DNA of 64,000 nucleotides from Nannocystis bainbridge (lineage in GTDB: Bacteria; Myxococcota_A; Polyangia; Nannocystales; Nannocystaceae): the NCBI RefSeq assembly GCF_028368995.1, contig NZ_JAQNDL010000004.1, forward strand, positions 224,001-288,000, read 5' to 3'. Shown here piece by piece: positions 10,048-19,982 of this stretch. Within the stretch, counting starts at the first letter, position 1; each line of letters opens with the position of its first letter. A program made the translations under genes and the position numbers. The notes under the pieces are model-generated. The model did not search any database. It saw only the letters and a program-made list of their open reading frames with translations, and was not told where the DNA came from.

Positions 10048-11313
10048 ATGTCCACCACCGCTACCATCGACACCCCGACCCAGATCCAGACCTTCGCGCT
10101 GACGCAGTTCGCCGGCGCCGCCCAGGCGCAGTCGCTCCCGGATCTCGGCCCCGCCGCGTCCGAGCAGATCACCCAGGCCCTCCGCAACGCGGCCTCGACC
10201 ATCGGTGAGTGGCAGATCGTCTGGGGCCCCGCCGTGCTGACGATGGGCAATCCGCCGCACAGCGTGAACCTCATGTACGTCGTGAAGAACGCCGCCGATC
10301 CGTCGCAGTACGTGATCGCCATCGCCGGCACCAACTTCAATTCGCTGATCGATTCGGTCCTCGAGGACCTGTTCGTGTTCGCGCAGGTGCCCTGGTTCTT
10401 CAACCCGCTCGCGGTGGGGGCCCAGATCTCGCTCGGCGCGGCGATCGGCCTGCTCAACCTGCAGAACATGAAGCCCGACGCCCAGCTGCCCGGCGGCGGC
10501 CGCACGCTCGTCGAGTTCCTCCGGACGATCGTGAGCCAGAAGGTGCAGATCACCGTCGCCGGCCACAGCCTCGGCGGCGCGCTCGCGCCGGTGGTCGCGC
10601 TGTGGCTCGCCGACACGGCCCAGGGCCAGCAGTCCGCCTGGGATCCGCAGCGGAACGCGACGATCGGCGTGGACACGTTCGCCGGCCCGACCCCCGGCAA
10701 CCTCGCGTTCTCGCTGTACGCGGGCCTCCGGTTCGGCAAGCGCCTCCGGCCCGTCTACAACACCCTCGATTGCGTCCCGCACGCGTGGCAAGAGTTCGGT
10801 GAGCCGTCGCTGTCCGAGCTGTTCTCCATCTACGCGCCCGACATCGCGCCCAAGATCGACGTCTCCTACGGCGCGCTGGCGGTGCTCATCGGCGTGTTCC
10901 AGCTGCTCGCCGCGAACCGCGGCTACACGCCGCTGCCCAACCTCGTGGCGATCCAGGGCACGTACACCACGGCGATCTACCAGGACCCGAAGCTCGACGC
11001 CTTCCACAAGTTCCTGCTTCAGGTCGGGTACCAGCATATCATCGGATACTACGGCCCCTTCCAATACCAGGCGAAATGGATGAAGCCGTCGACGCCGACG
11101 AGCATCTCCCAGGATCTCGCCGACCTCGCCAGCAACTCCGCGTCGGCCCAGGAGTTCGTGCAGGCGCTGCAGAACCGCCAGCCGAAGCAGATCCAGGTCG
11201 GCGGCGTGGTCGTCGACGCGCCGCGGGGCCCGGACGACCCGCAGACCGCACGCGTCTCGGCGATGGTCCAGGCCGCCCTCGCCGCGCAGGCGGGCGTGTC
11301 CGCGGCGCAGTGA
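10048..11313 (+). CDS. Class 3 lipase family protein
   Basis: Nucleophile elbow VAGHSLGGALA, with YVIAIAGTN, TFAGPTPGN and NTLDCVPH; no obvious signal peptide. Confidence 0.88.
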   Translation: MSTTATIDTPTQIQTFALTQFAGAAQAQSLPDLGPAASEQITQALRNAASTIGEWQIVWGPAVLTMGNPPHSVNLMYVVKNAADPSQYVIAIAGTNFNSLIDSVLEDLFVFAQVPWFFNPLAVGAQISLGAAIGLLNLQNMKPDAQLPGGGRTLVEFLRTIVSQKVQITVAGHSLGGALAPVVALWLADTAQGQQSAWDPQRNATIGVDTFAGPTPGNLAFSLYAGLRFGKRLRPVYNTLDCVPHAWQEFGEPSLSELFSIYAPDIAPKIDVSYGALAVLIGVFQLLAANRGYTPLPNLVAIQGTYTTAIYQDPKLDAFHKFLLQVGYQHIIGYYGPFQYQAKWMKPSTPTSISQDLADLASNSASAQEFVQALQNRQPKQIQVGGVVVDAPRGPDDPQTARVSAMVQAALAAQAGVSAAQ

Positions 11314-11473
11314 ACCCCGCCGGCCCCGCCCCCGCGCCGGGGGCGGTCGGCGTACGCTTTCGGCCCGCCGCGATCCGCGAGCGGGCCGCCTCGCGATCGA
11401 GCACCGTGGCTCACCGCATACACGCGCGGGCCGTGATGGCAGGGCGCAGCCGGCGGGTGTAGGCTCGCGCGGC

Positions 11474-12292
11474 ATGAGCGATCGGGGCCGGAACGTCAGG
11501 AGCGCGTGGATCGTCCACGGGGTCGCGGTGGCGCTGTGGCTCGCGCTTTACTGGTACTTGTTCGGCGAGGCGCTGTTCCCGAAGGAGAAGCCGTGGCTCG
11601 ACCTCGAGGGGTTCGGCGCGGTGATCGCCCTGGAAGTGTTGCTCGGGTACCTGGTGGTGAGCTCGGTGGTGGTGCTGTTCGTCGGGCGCTGGCCGCTGGT
11701 GCCGCTGGTCATCCACGGGTTCGCGTTCACGATGTTTTGGGCGGGGACGGAGTCGATCGAGCAGGACAAACGCGAGCGGGCAGAGGCGCACGCGCTCGCG
11801 CAGGCGCGCGCGCGGGCGGAGGCGCAGCAGGAGCGAGAGCGCGAGGCGCAGGCGAAGCTGGCGTACGAGGCGGAGCAAGACCGCCTGGAGGCGCTGGAGC
11901 GCCAGCCGGAGGGGTGCCTGCACGTGCGCGAGCTGCGGGTGCAGGACGGGAAGAAGAAGCTGCGCGCCGAGGTGACGTTCGCCAACACGTGCGACAGCGA
12001 GGTGGAGGTCGACGACCTGACCTTGCTCGGGCAGGACCTCAAGGACGGCGAAGATGTCATCCGCCGGTGGGACGGGGACCGGGTGACTGTGCCGCGCGGA
12101 GGGACGGCGACGATGACGATCGAGGAGGTCGTGAGGCGCGGCGGCGATCGGTCGATCGCGCTGGCGAGGTGGGGCTGGGAGCTCAATGTCGAGGCCACGG
12201 CGCCGCGCTCGACGAGCCTGTGCTTCACCACGGGGAGCCCGGCGGTCGGGGAGACTTGCGCGCGCATCGAGAAGGTCACGGCCGCACCGTAG
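11474..12292 (+). CDS. Hypothetical membrane protein (3 N-terminal TMs, coiled coil, Ig-like C-terminus with 4 Cys)
   Basis: Hydrophobic segments in aa 10-90, an E/Q/R/A-rich helix and a beta-rich C-terminus; GC3-rich codon usage. Confidence 0.75.
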   Translation: MSDRGRNVRSAWIVHGVAVALWLALYWYLFGEALFPKEKPWLDLEGFGAVIALEVLLGYLVVSSVVVLFVGRWPLVPLVIHGFAFTMFWAGTESIEQDKRERAEAHALAQARARAEAQQEREREAQAKLAYEAEQDRLEALERQPEGCLHVRELRVQDGKKKLRAEVTFANTCDSEVEVDDLTLLGQDLKDGEDVIRRWDGDRVTVPRGGTATMTIEEVVRRGGDRSIALARWGWELNVEATAPRSTSLCFTTGSPAVGETCARIEKVTAAP

Positions 12293-12377
12293 CGGTCGCT
12301 CGTCGGGGTCACCAGCGTGCCGCGACGGACGCGGCGGCGGCTCGTCGGGAGCGGCTTGCGAGCCAGGAGGAAGGAAC

Positions 12378-13397
12378 ATGAGAGGGACACTCGGGAGCCG
12401 CGGAAAGGGGCTCCGCAAGCTCGGTCTCGGCGTGCTCGCGGTGCTCGCGGTGCTCGCGGTGGTCGGTGCCGTATACCAGCAGATCGGGCAGGCGCTCGAT
12501 CGACGCGCGGTCGTGCGGCCGGGACGCATGGTCGCGGTCGATGGCGCGGCGATGCATATCCATTGCACGGGAGCGGGCGCGCCGACAGTCGTCCTCGAGG
12601 CGGGTGCCTTCGGGTTCGCGCAGGTGTGGGCGCGGGTGCAGCCGCTCCTGGCCGAACGCGTCCGCGTCTGTTCGTACGACCGCGCCGGCCTCGGCTGGAG
12701 CGAGGACGCCGCCTCCCATGACGGCATCGCCGCGGTCACGCGACTCCGGACACTCCTCGCGGCTGCAGGCGAGCCCGGACCCTACGTGCTGGTGGGCCAC
12801 TCGCTGGGCGGCGCACTGATTCGGATCTTCGCCGCCCGCTACCCCGACGATGTCGTCGGCCTCGGCTTCGTCGACCCCTCACATCCCGACCAGCTCGAGC
12901 GCTTCCCCGCCGAGGCGCGCGAGGCCCACGAGCGCGTCACCAAGATCCTCGCGGTCGCCGCGAAGTTGTCGCACTTCGGCCTGCTGCGCCTGACCAACCC
13001 GCTCGGACGGCTGCACGCCGGCCTGCCCGCGGATGACTACCGCGCCGCCCGTATGTTCAACTCCGCGGCCCGCCACCTCGCGAGCTCGGCCGCCGAGTTC
13101 GGCGCATGGGACGCGACGATGCGCGCCGTCCGGGTCAACGACACGCTCGGCAATCGTCCCGTCGTGGTCATGAGTTCGAGCGAGCCGATGGAGGGGATGT
13201 CCCAGGACATCTTCGATCGCGGCCAGCAGATGCACGCCGAGATCGCGAGACTGTCCACGCGTGGGCAGCATAGGATCGTCGAGGCCAGCCATCACATGTC
13301 GCTATTGACCGAGCCCGAGCACGCACAGCGCGTTGCGGAGCTGCTCGGGGAAATGATCGCTGAGGCCGCACTGTCGCCCGATCAATCGCCTCCCTGA
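12378..13397 (+). CDS. Membrane-anchored alpha/beta-fold hydrolase
   Basis: AGGAGG RBS, N-terminal TM, HIHCTGAGAPTVVLEAG, YDRAGLGWS and VGHSLGG. Confidence 0.9.
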   Translation: MRGTLGSRGKGLRKLGLGVLAVLAVLAVVGAVYQQIGQALDRRAVVRPGRMVAVDGAAMHIHCTGAGAPTVVLEAGAFGFAQVWARVQPLLAERVRVCSYDRAGLGWSEDAASHDGIAAVTRLRTLLAAAGEPGPYVLVGHSLGGALIRIFAARYPDDVVGLGFVDPSHPDQLERFPAEAREAHERVTKILAVAAKLSHFGLLRLTNPLGRLHAGLPADDYRAARMFNSAARHLASSAAEFGAWDATMRAVRVNDTLGNRPVVVMSSSEPMEGMSQDIFDRGQQMHAEIARLSTRGQHRIVEASHHMSLLTEPEHAQRVAELLGEMIAEAALSPDQSPP

Positions 13398-13487
13398 AGG
13401 AGGCACGGAGCTCGAGAGGCCCCCAAGACCGGCCTGTTCTGAGCTCGTCTGTGTCTGTTGCTGCAGCGATTCCGCGGCGTCGCAGTT

Positions 13488-13736
13488 TCACTGGGCCGGC
13501 GCAGCCCCGGGCGCAGGCTTGCCATCGACGGTGAGGCGGCCGTACTGGTCGGCGAGGGTGTCGCGCCTGGCGCCGAAGATGCCCTGGAAGGCGAACATCA
13601 CCATCCACCCGAACAGGCCCGCAAAGAAGCCGATGATGAGTATCTGGAGGATCCCTCCGGTGGTGCGGACCGGTGGCCTGGAAGCTTCGAGCTCCCACTT
13701 GTTGTCGGCGATTTCGGCGGCGGACATGGCTAGCAC
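13488..13736 (-). CDS. Small single-TM hypothetical protein
   Basis: AAGGA RBS directly before the start; one strong hydrophobic helix ILQILIIGFFAGLFGWMVMFAF. Confidence 0.6.
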   Translation of the reverse strand: MLAMSAAEIADNKWELEASRPPVRTTGGILQILIIGFFAGLFGWMVMFAFQGIFGARRDTLADQYGRLTVDGKPAPGAAPAQ

Positions 13737-14242
13737 TCCTTGCGCCCGAACGCGAGCACAACCCCTCCTTGCACGAGGATCACGCGCGAAACAAGCATTC
13801 TGCGAATTTTGACGGCTCGTGCCCTATGAACATTGTTGCACATCACATTTATTGCATCCTGCGGCGCCACCGCAACATTCCTGGGGGCGGGCGTACCTCC
13901 AGGATGAGTCCACTCCGGCGTTGGACCCGCGATCCGGTCCTGGTGGTGAGCATGGGGAGCGCAGCGCGCGTCAGCTCCCGAGGCCAACTTGCAGAGAGCA
14001 GGCGGCGGTGCGGCGCGAGCTGGTGATCATGCACCACGAGGACGACCGCGAGCACCACCGCGCCCGCGTCGAGGCGGCAGGCGTTCGGCTCGCGGTGCCA
14101 AGCCGCGTCTACGACCTCGTGCTCGGCCAGCGCGTGGCGTGACGAGGAGCGAGGCCACGCGTGAGGCGGAGCGCGACCGGGCAGATTTCGCGTGACGCCG
14201 CCGGGCGGGACGTGCGATGCCGTGGTGGGTCACGCGGCCTCG

Positions 14243-14569
14243 ATGAAGATCCTGATCGCCACTCTCGGCTCGCACGGCGACGTGCAGCCCTACGTCGCCC
14301 TCGGCCAGGGCTTGCAGGCGGCCGGCCACGACGTGAGCCTGTGTACCTGCGAACACTTCACGGGCTTCATCCGCGAGCACGGGCTCGACTACCGGCCGAT
14401 GAACAACGACTTCGTGGACCTGGTGGCGTCGATGGAGGGCCGCGCCGCGCTGGAGGGCATGCAAAACCTGTGGGGCACGGTGAATCGCGGCATACGGGCC
14501 TCGGCCCCGTGCTCGCCGGCCGGCGTCCCGCTCGTCGGCTCCGCCGGATCCGGAGTCGAAGTGTATTGA
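14243..14569 (+). pseudogene. Truncated family 1/28 (sterol/UDP) glycosyltransferase, N-terminal fragment only
   Basis: MKILIATLGSHGDVQPYVALGQGLQAAGHDV is the GT28 N-terminal motif. The ORF ends at ~108 aa, whereas ~400 aa is typical, and I found no C-terminal UDP-binding motif in the downstream frames. Confidence 0.75.
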
Positions 14570-14855
14570 TTCAATCGGATGTCGCTCGAGACCGGCGCGC
14601 ACGAGCTTGGCGCCACGGCGATGATTCACGCGCTGGCGACCGATCGCGGCGAGTGCACGCTCCTCGGGACGATCACCCATGCACACGTCAGCCGCGCTGC
14701 ACGGTGAAGCGGCGCGCTCGATGGCCTGCGGCTCGGGCGTCCTCGGGCCGCGCCAGCCCTCGCGCCGAAGGTCGGCTCCTCGCCTCGTTCACCATCGCCG
14801 TCAGGACGGCGATTTGGATTGCGAGCGCGATCGAGGGGGTGGCAAAGTCCGGGTC

Positions 14856-16751
14856 CTATTGCATGAAGCAGTAGATCGGCTTCTTCCACGTGCACGATTG
14901 CTGGCAGACGAACTGCGTCCACAGGCCGTCTGCTTTATTAAACTGGCCGCCGCCGACGATGCCGGCGGCGTTGCTGGTCCAGTTCTGGCAATCGGTGAAG
15001 TTGGCGAACATCGTGCCGTCGATGATCGTGTTGGTGAAGGTGAGCTGGGAGATGCCGCCGCAGACGTTGGCGTCGGCGCCGGGCGGGGTCTTGAGCTCGG
15101 ACAGGTTGATGGCGGCGGCGTGGTTGCCGTCGACGAGGTCGTTCCAGTTGTTGGCGATGAGGACGCCGTCGCGGCGGGCGTAGGGGATCGTGGGCTTGGT
15201 GAAGCGGGTGACGGGGGTGCCGGTGTCGTCGCTGAGCCAGGCGCGGTAGGTGCCGGGGAGGCCGGCGGCCTGGGCGGCGGCCTGGCACTTCATGTCGGCG
15301 CCGAGGAGGCCGCCGAGGTTGCCGTCGAAGCCCTGGCTGGTGGCGAACACGACCTTGTGGGCCTTGCACTTCGAGCTGCAGCCATCACCCTCGGCGAGGT
15401 TGCCGTCCTCGCAGTTCTCGCCGGCGGCGCTGTTGATGACGCCGTCGTTGCAGGCGGCGAAGGTGCAGTCGATGTCGCAGGTGGCCGACTGACCGCCGTG
15501 ATCGCAGGCCTCGCCGGCGGCCTCGTTGAGGACCTCGTCGCCGCAGACGACGGCGGTGCAGTCGTCGTCGCAGGTGGCGGTCTCGAAGCCGTCGTCGCAG
15601 GTCTCGCCGGCGGCAGGGTTGACGGTCTTGTCGCCGCAGACGGCGAGGGTGCAGTCGGCGTCGCAGGTGGGGCTGGGGCCGCCGGTGTCGCAAGCCTCGC
15701 CGGCGGCGGGGTTGGGGTGGGCGTCGCCGCACTGGGACGGGGTGCAGTCGCTGTCGCAGGTGGCGCTGTTGCCAGCGGTGTCGCAAGCCTCGACGCCGGC
15801 GAGCACGAAGCCGTCGCCGCACACGGCGAGCTTGCACAGACCGGTGCAGGCGTCATCGTCGAGGTCGTTGCCGTCGTCGCACTCCTCGTCCATCTGCAGG
15901 ATGCCGTCGCCGCAGGTGGCGAGGGCGCAGTCGTTGGTGCAGGCGTCGTCGTTGATGTCGTTGCCGTCGTCGCAGGCCTCGAGCACGGCGTGCACGATGC
16001 CGTCCCCACATTCGGCAGGGATGCAGCCGACCAGGCAGTCGTCATTGTCGAGGTCGTTGCCGTCGTCGCAAGCCTCGACGCCGAGCTGCACGATGCCGTC
16101 GCCGCACACGGCGGTGATGCAGGCGTTGGTGCAGTCGTCGCCGTCCTCGAGGTTGCCGTCGTCACACTCCTCGGGGACCTGGACGATGCTGTCGCCGCAG
16201 ATGGGCAGGCGACAGCCCGCCGAGCAGCCGTCATCCTCGATGTTGTTGCCGTCGTCGCACTCCTCGCCCAAAAGCTCGTGGAGGACGCCGTCGCCGCAGG
16301 TGGCGGCGATGCAGGCGTTGGAGCAGGCGTTGAGATCGACCAGGTCGCCGTCGTCGCACTGCTCGCCCGGATCGAGCTGGCCGTCGCCGCAGATCGGCGG
16401 TTCGCCGGTGGTGCTGTCGGTGTCCGTGGTGGTGGTCGAGGTCGTCGAGGTGGTGGTCGAGGTCGTGGTGTCGGTGGTGTCGGTGACGGCGGTGTCGGTG
16501 CCCGGATCGGTGGTGGGCCCGGCGGTGGTGCCAGTCTCGGTGCCGCCCATGGTGCTGGTGGAGGTGGTGGGCAGGCTGGTGGTGGGCAGGTCAGGCCCGC
16601 TGGTGCTGCCAGCCGTGGTGGTGCCGTCGGTGTCGGTGGTGCCACCGGCAGAGTCGGTGGTGACGGCGGTGTCGGTGCGACCGCATGCGCCGAGCGCCGC
16701 GGCGAGCACGACGAGTCCCAGCGAACGACAAGCGAAGCTGTAAGCGAGCAT
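14856..16751 (-). CDS. Lipoprotein with myxobacterial Cys-rich repeats (DUF4215-like) and a C-terminal DUF1554-like domain
   Basis: Lipobox ALGAC, Thr-rich linker, more than 10 CGDG…EeCDDGN…C…C repeats, then VFATSQGFDGNLGGLLGADMKCQAAA…YRAWLSD…PIYCF. Confidence 0.88.
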   Translation of the reverse strand: MLAYSFACRSLGLVVLAAALGACGRTDTAVTTDSAGGTTDTDGTTTAGSTSGPDLPTTSLPTTSTSTMGGTETGTTAGPTTDPGTDTAVTDTTDTTTSTTTSTTSTTTTDTDSTTGEPPICGDGQLDPGEQCDDGDLVDLNACSNACIAATCGDGVLHELLGEECDDGNNIEDDGCSAGCRLPICGDSIVQVPEECDDGNLEDGDDCTNACITAVCGDGIVQLGVEACDDGNDLDNDDCLVGCIPAECGDGIVHAVLEACDDGNDINDDACTNDCALATCGDGILQMDEECDDGNDLDDDACTGLCKLAVCGDGFVLAGVEACDTAGNSATCDSDCTPSQCGDAHPNPAAGEACDTGGPSPTCDADCTLAVCGDKTVNPAAGETCDDGFETATCDDDCTAVVCGDEVLNEAAGEACDHGGQSATCDIDCTFAACNDGVINSAAGENCEDGNLAEGDGCSSKCKAHKVVFATSQGFDGNLGGLLGADMKCQAAAQAAGLPGTYRAWLSDDTGTPVTRFTKPTIPYARRDGVLIANNWNDLVDGNHAAAINLSELKTPPGADANVCGGISQLTFTNTIIDGTMFANFTDCQNWTSNAAGIVGGGQFNKADGLWTQFVCQQSCTWKKPIYCFMQ

Positions 16752-17021
16752 GCCCGCCAGAGTACGAGAGTCGCGGGAAGGCCGGCAACTCGCGCAGGCG
16801 GAGACGTATGCGGGCGAGCGGGTGCGAAGATGGCCCACCCGCAGGCGACCGGGGCGGGAAACTCCGGGCGCCGGTGAGCCAGGTGTTACGCGGACGTCAT
16901 GTCGGCGGCGAAGGGTCGGCGCGCGCGCGACGGCGGACGGGCGACCGCGCGTCGCGTGTGCGAAAGCCGAGGTCGGGTGGATGCAGGCAGGGAGCCCGCA
17001 GGAGCGCGGACAGGAGGCCGA

Positions 17022-17267
17022 TCAGGCGGGCTCGTCGCGCCACTCGATGTCGATGCCTTCACCCTCCTCGGGGACGTGCTTGCGCAGGAGGGCGAGGAGG
17101 TCGGCGTCGACCTGGTTCTCTTGCAAGTAATCGAGGGTGTCGCGGTCGATGTAGTAGTCGCGGTCGTCGGCGCTCTCCTCGACGAGGAGATCGATGAGGT
17201 CGCGCAGCTGGTCGTCGTTGATAGGTCCGATCAGGGCGCCGGTCTGCTTGTTGTAGAGGCGAGTCAC
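17022..17267 (-). CDS. Small acidic conserved hypothetical protein (~81 aa)
   Basis: GTG at 17267. RLYNKQTGALIGPINDDQLRDLIDLLVEESADDRDYYID resembles a small family that is often mislabelled 'galactosyldiacylglycerol synthase'. Confidence 0.75.
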   Translation of the reverse strand: MTRLYNKQTGALIGPINDDQLRDLIDLLVEESADDRDYYIDRDTLDYLQENQVDADLLALLRKHVPEEGEGIDIEWRDEPA

Positions 17268-17450
17268 GCGGGGATGGTAGCCGGTTCGAGGCGACGGCGC
17301 GAACGCGCCCGGACAGGGGCCTTCGCCAGGCGCCCGGCGCAGAGCTCGCTGCGCTCCGATCGCGGGGCGTTGTGGTTGCATCGCATGCCCCGTGTTCAGC
17401 GAGAGCGCGGGTCGCGTGACCGCGGGTTGTTCAGCTCGCGCCGGAGGACG

Positions 17451-17551
17451 TCGCGGGTCCGCGGGGGCGGGGCGCGGAGATCGTCGAGGGGCGGGCGAGG
17501 GGCGGCGCAGCGAGTCACATCGCGACGGGAGACCTGCCATGCCGCACGAGC
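17451..17551 (+). repeat. Left copy of a ~100-bp imperfect inverted repeat (partner at 21431-21533)
   Basis: gggcgggcgaggggcggcgcagcgagtcacatcgcgacgggagacctgccatgcc matches the reverse complement of the 21439-21493 region with few mismatches. Confidence 0.75.
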
Positions 17552-17719
17552 ACCACCAACTAACTGCTCGAGCGATGTGCCACCGCGGAGTTGCTCGCGG
17601 ATCCAGCTGGCGCTCAACCGCCCACGGCGGCCACAGTGCCCTGGGCGTGTCCTCCGCCGGCACGGCGCGGCGCTGGCCGACGAAGCTGCCGCCGTCGCGC
17701 CTTGCCGCGACGGCCCCCG

Positions 17720-18628
17720 TCACGCGTACTTTTTGCCGCGCCCTCTACCTTTCTTTAGAAAGTCGATCAGCACCTCGAGCTTGGGGGCGAGGTTCAGCCG
17801 GCTCGGGTAGTAGAGAAAATAGCCCGGGATGTGCGGGCAGTACCCGTCGAGCACCCGCACGAGTCGCTTCTCGGACACGAGCCCGCTCACCATGTCTTCG
17901 AAGACGTACGCGAGGCCGACGCCCTCGACGGCGGCGTCTACCAATACCGATCCATCGTTGGTCACGACGCGGCCGACGACGGCCAGCTCCAACTCCTTGT
18001 CGCTCTCGACGAACTTCCACCGGGCGACTGCGCCCGTCGACATGCGCAGACCAATGCACTCGTGCCCGTGAAGCTCGCGCGGATGCGTGGGCTTGCCTCG
18101 GCGCGCGAAGTAGTCCCGTGAGCCGACGACCACGAGGCGCTGGTCCGGGCTAACGCGAACCGCGATCATCTCGCGATCGAGGCTGTGGCCGAGGCGTATC
18201 CCCGCGTCGAAGCCTTCGGCTACGATGTTGGACAGCGCCTCCTGGAGACAGATGTCGATTCGGATGTCGGGGTAAGCGGCGAGAAAGGCCGCGAGCTTCG
18301 GCTTGATGACGTCGTTGTAGCCGGTTCGGAGCATCGTCAGGCGCAACAGACCCGACGGGCGGCCGTTCATGGCCCGGAGCGACTCGAACGCGACGTCGAT
18401 GCCGTCGAATGCCGGCCTGAGCTGCGCGATGAAGTGCTCACCGGCCTCGGTCAAGCCGACGTTGCGTGTGGTTCGCTGAAGCAGGCGCACACCGACGCGC
18501 TCTTCGAGGGCGCGAACGATCTGACTCACGGCAGATGGCGTTACCCCCAGCTCGGCGGCCGCCGCCCGGAAGCTGCGCTTTTCGGCCACGCAGAGGAGGG
18601 CCCGAAGCCCGGATAGGTCGTCACGCAT
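17720..18628 (-). CDS. LysR-family transcriptional regulator
   Basis: N-terminal HTH SFRAAAAELGVTPSAVSQ…LLQRTTRNVGLTEAG, and a PBP2 domain (EGFDAGIRLG). Confidence 0.95.
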   Translation of the reverse strand: MRDDLSGLRALLCVAEKRSFRAAAAELGVTPSAVSQIVRALEERVGVRLLQRTTRNVGLTEAGEHFIAQLRPAFDGIDVAFESLRAMNGRPSGLLRLTMLRTGYNDVIKPKLAAFLAAYPDIRIDICLQEALSNIVAEGFDAGIRLGHSLDREMIAVRVSPDQRLVVVGSRDYFARRGKPTHPRELHGHECIGLRMSTGAVARWKFVESDKELELAVVGRVVTNDGSVLVDAAVEGVGLAYVFEDMVSGLVSEKRLVRVLDGYCPHIPGYFLYYPSRLNLAPKLEVLIDFLKKGRGRGKKYA

Positions 18629-18729
18629 TGTTTAGCCTGGCTACCTATAGCATGCACGATTCAGCGTATTTTCTTTTTTTTGGGCGAGTCTAGTTTCTCC
18701 GAAACGAACCAACGCAGAGGAGAACACTG

Positions 18730-19059
18730 ATGGCGCCCGCACTCCCCAAACCCATCGCCGCCTATGTCGCGGCCAACGCAGAGCTCGATGTGGACGGCAT
18801 GCTGAAGCCTTTCGCGGCCGATGCGGTCCTCTCGGACAACGGAAAACGTCACGAGGGCCACGCCGAGCTGCGAACCTTGTTTGAAGACGAAGTGATCGCC
18901 GTCAAGGCGATCTTCACGCCGGATGCCGTTCGCCACGAGGACGGTCAGGTCGTGGTCGAAGGCCCTGCCCATGGCGACTTCAAGGGCAGCCCGATCCGCT
19001 TCACCTATCGCTTCACGCTCGAAAACGACGCCATCAAAGCACTGGAGATCACGACATGA
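18730..19059 (+). CDS. SnoaL/NTF2-like protein
   Basis: PIAAYVAANAELDVDGMLKPFAADAVLSD…GDFKGSPIRFTYRFTL; GAGGAG RBS. Confidence 0.85.
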   Translation: MAPALPKPIAAYVAANAELDVDGMLKPFAADAVLSDNGKRHEGHAELRTLFEDEVIAVKAIFTPDAVRHEDGQVVVEGPAHGDFKGSPIRFTYRFTLENDAIKALEITT

Positions 19060-19844
19060 AAATCAAAATTGATCCCACGGAGTTCGCTGGAAAGCGTGTG
19101 CTCGTCAGCGGCGGCAGCAAGGGTCTGGGCCGCGCCACCGTCGACCGCTTCCTGGCCGGGGGCGCCCGGGTGATCACCGCGGCCCGCGGAACCCTGGAGC
19201 CCATCGACGGCGTCGAGTTCGTCCGGGCGGATCTGACGACGCCCGAAGGCTCGCAGACCCTGGCCAGGACGGCGCTCGAGCGTCTGGGCGGCGTCGACAT
19301 CCTCGCCCACGTGATCGGCGGCTCGGCCTCGCCGGGCGGCGGCTTTCTTGCCCTGACGGACGATCACTGGCTTGCCGAACTGAACCTGAACCTGATGGCC
19401 ACGGTCCGCCTCGATCGCCTGTTGGCACCGCAGATGATCGAACGGGGTGCCGGCGCGATTGTGCATGTCACGTCTATCCAATCGATCCTGCCGCTTCCCG
19501 AATCGACCACGGGCTACGCCGCCGCAAAGGCCGCGCTCAGGACCTACAGCAAGTCGATCTCCAAGGAGCTGGGGCCGAAGGGCGTGCGGGTCAACGCCGT
19601 CTCCCCCGGCTGGATCATGACCGAGTCGTCCGTCGACCTGCTGAAGCGTCTGCAGGCCGCCAATGGCGGCACGGTCGAGGAGGCGCGGCAAGTTGTCCTT
19701 GATGCTCTGGGCGGGATCCCGATCGGGCGTGCGGCCGAGCCCGACGAGGTTGCCGATCTCATCGCCTACTTGGCCTCGGATCGCGCCGCCGCGATCCACG
19801 GCGCCGAGTTCATCATCGACGGCGGCACCGTCCGGACCGTCTGA
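19056..19844 (+). CDS. SDR-family oxidoreductase
   Basis: SGGSKGLG Rossmann motif, catalytic YAAAK and GVRVNAVSPG; ATGA overlap with the upstream gene. Confidence 0.95.
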   Translation: MKIKIDPTEFAGKRVLVSGGSKGLGRATVDRFLAGGARVITAARGTLEPIDGVEFVRADLTTPEGSQTLARTALERLGGVDILAHVIGGSASPGGGFLALTDDHWLAELNLNLMATVRLDRLLAPQMIERGAGAIVHVTSIQSILPLPESTTGYAAAKAALRTYSKSISKELGPKGVRVNAVSPGWIMTESSVDLLKRLQAANGGTVEEARQVVLDALGGIPIGRAAEPDEVADLIAYLASDRAAAIHGAEFIIDGGTVRTV

Positions 19845-19982
19845 GGTCATCGCCCCGACGTTTGCGCAAAGTGCTGGGGCGGCACGCCTGGCCGCGGTCC
19901 TTGGCCAGCGGTGAGGAAGGCGCGGCGGCGGCTACTTTCGCCGTCAGGCAGTCCATATGGACCGCCACGGCCTGGGCTTCGA

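Noticed and set aside
18669-18681. Poly-T run in the LysR/SnoaL divergent promoter as a phase-variation tract
   Set aside because: A short run within an ordinary AT-rich LysR control region; no evidence of length variation from a single sequence.
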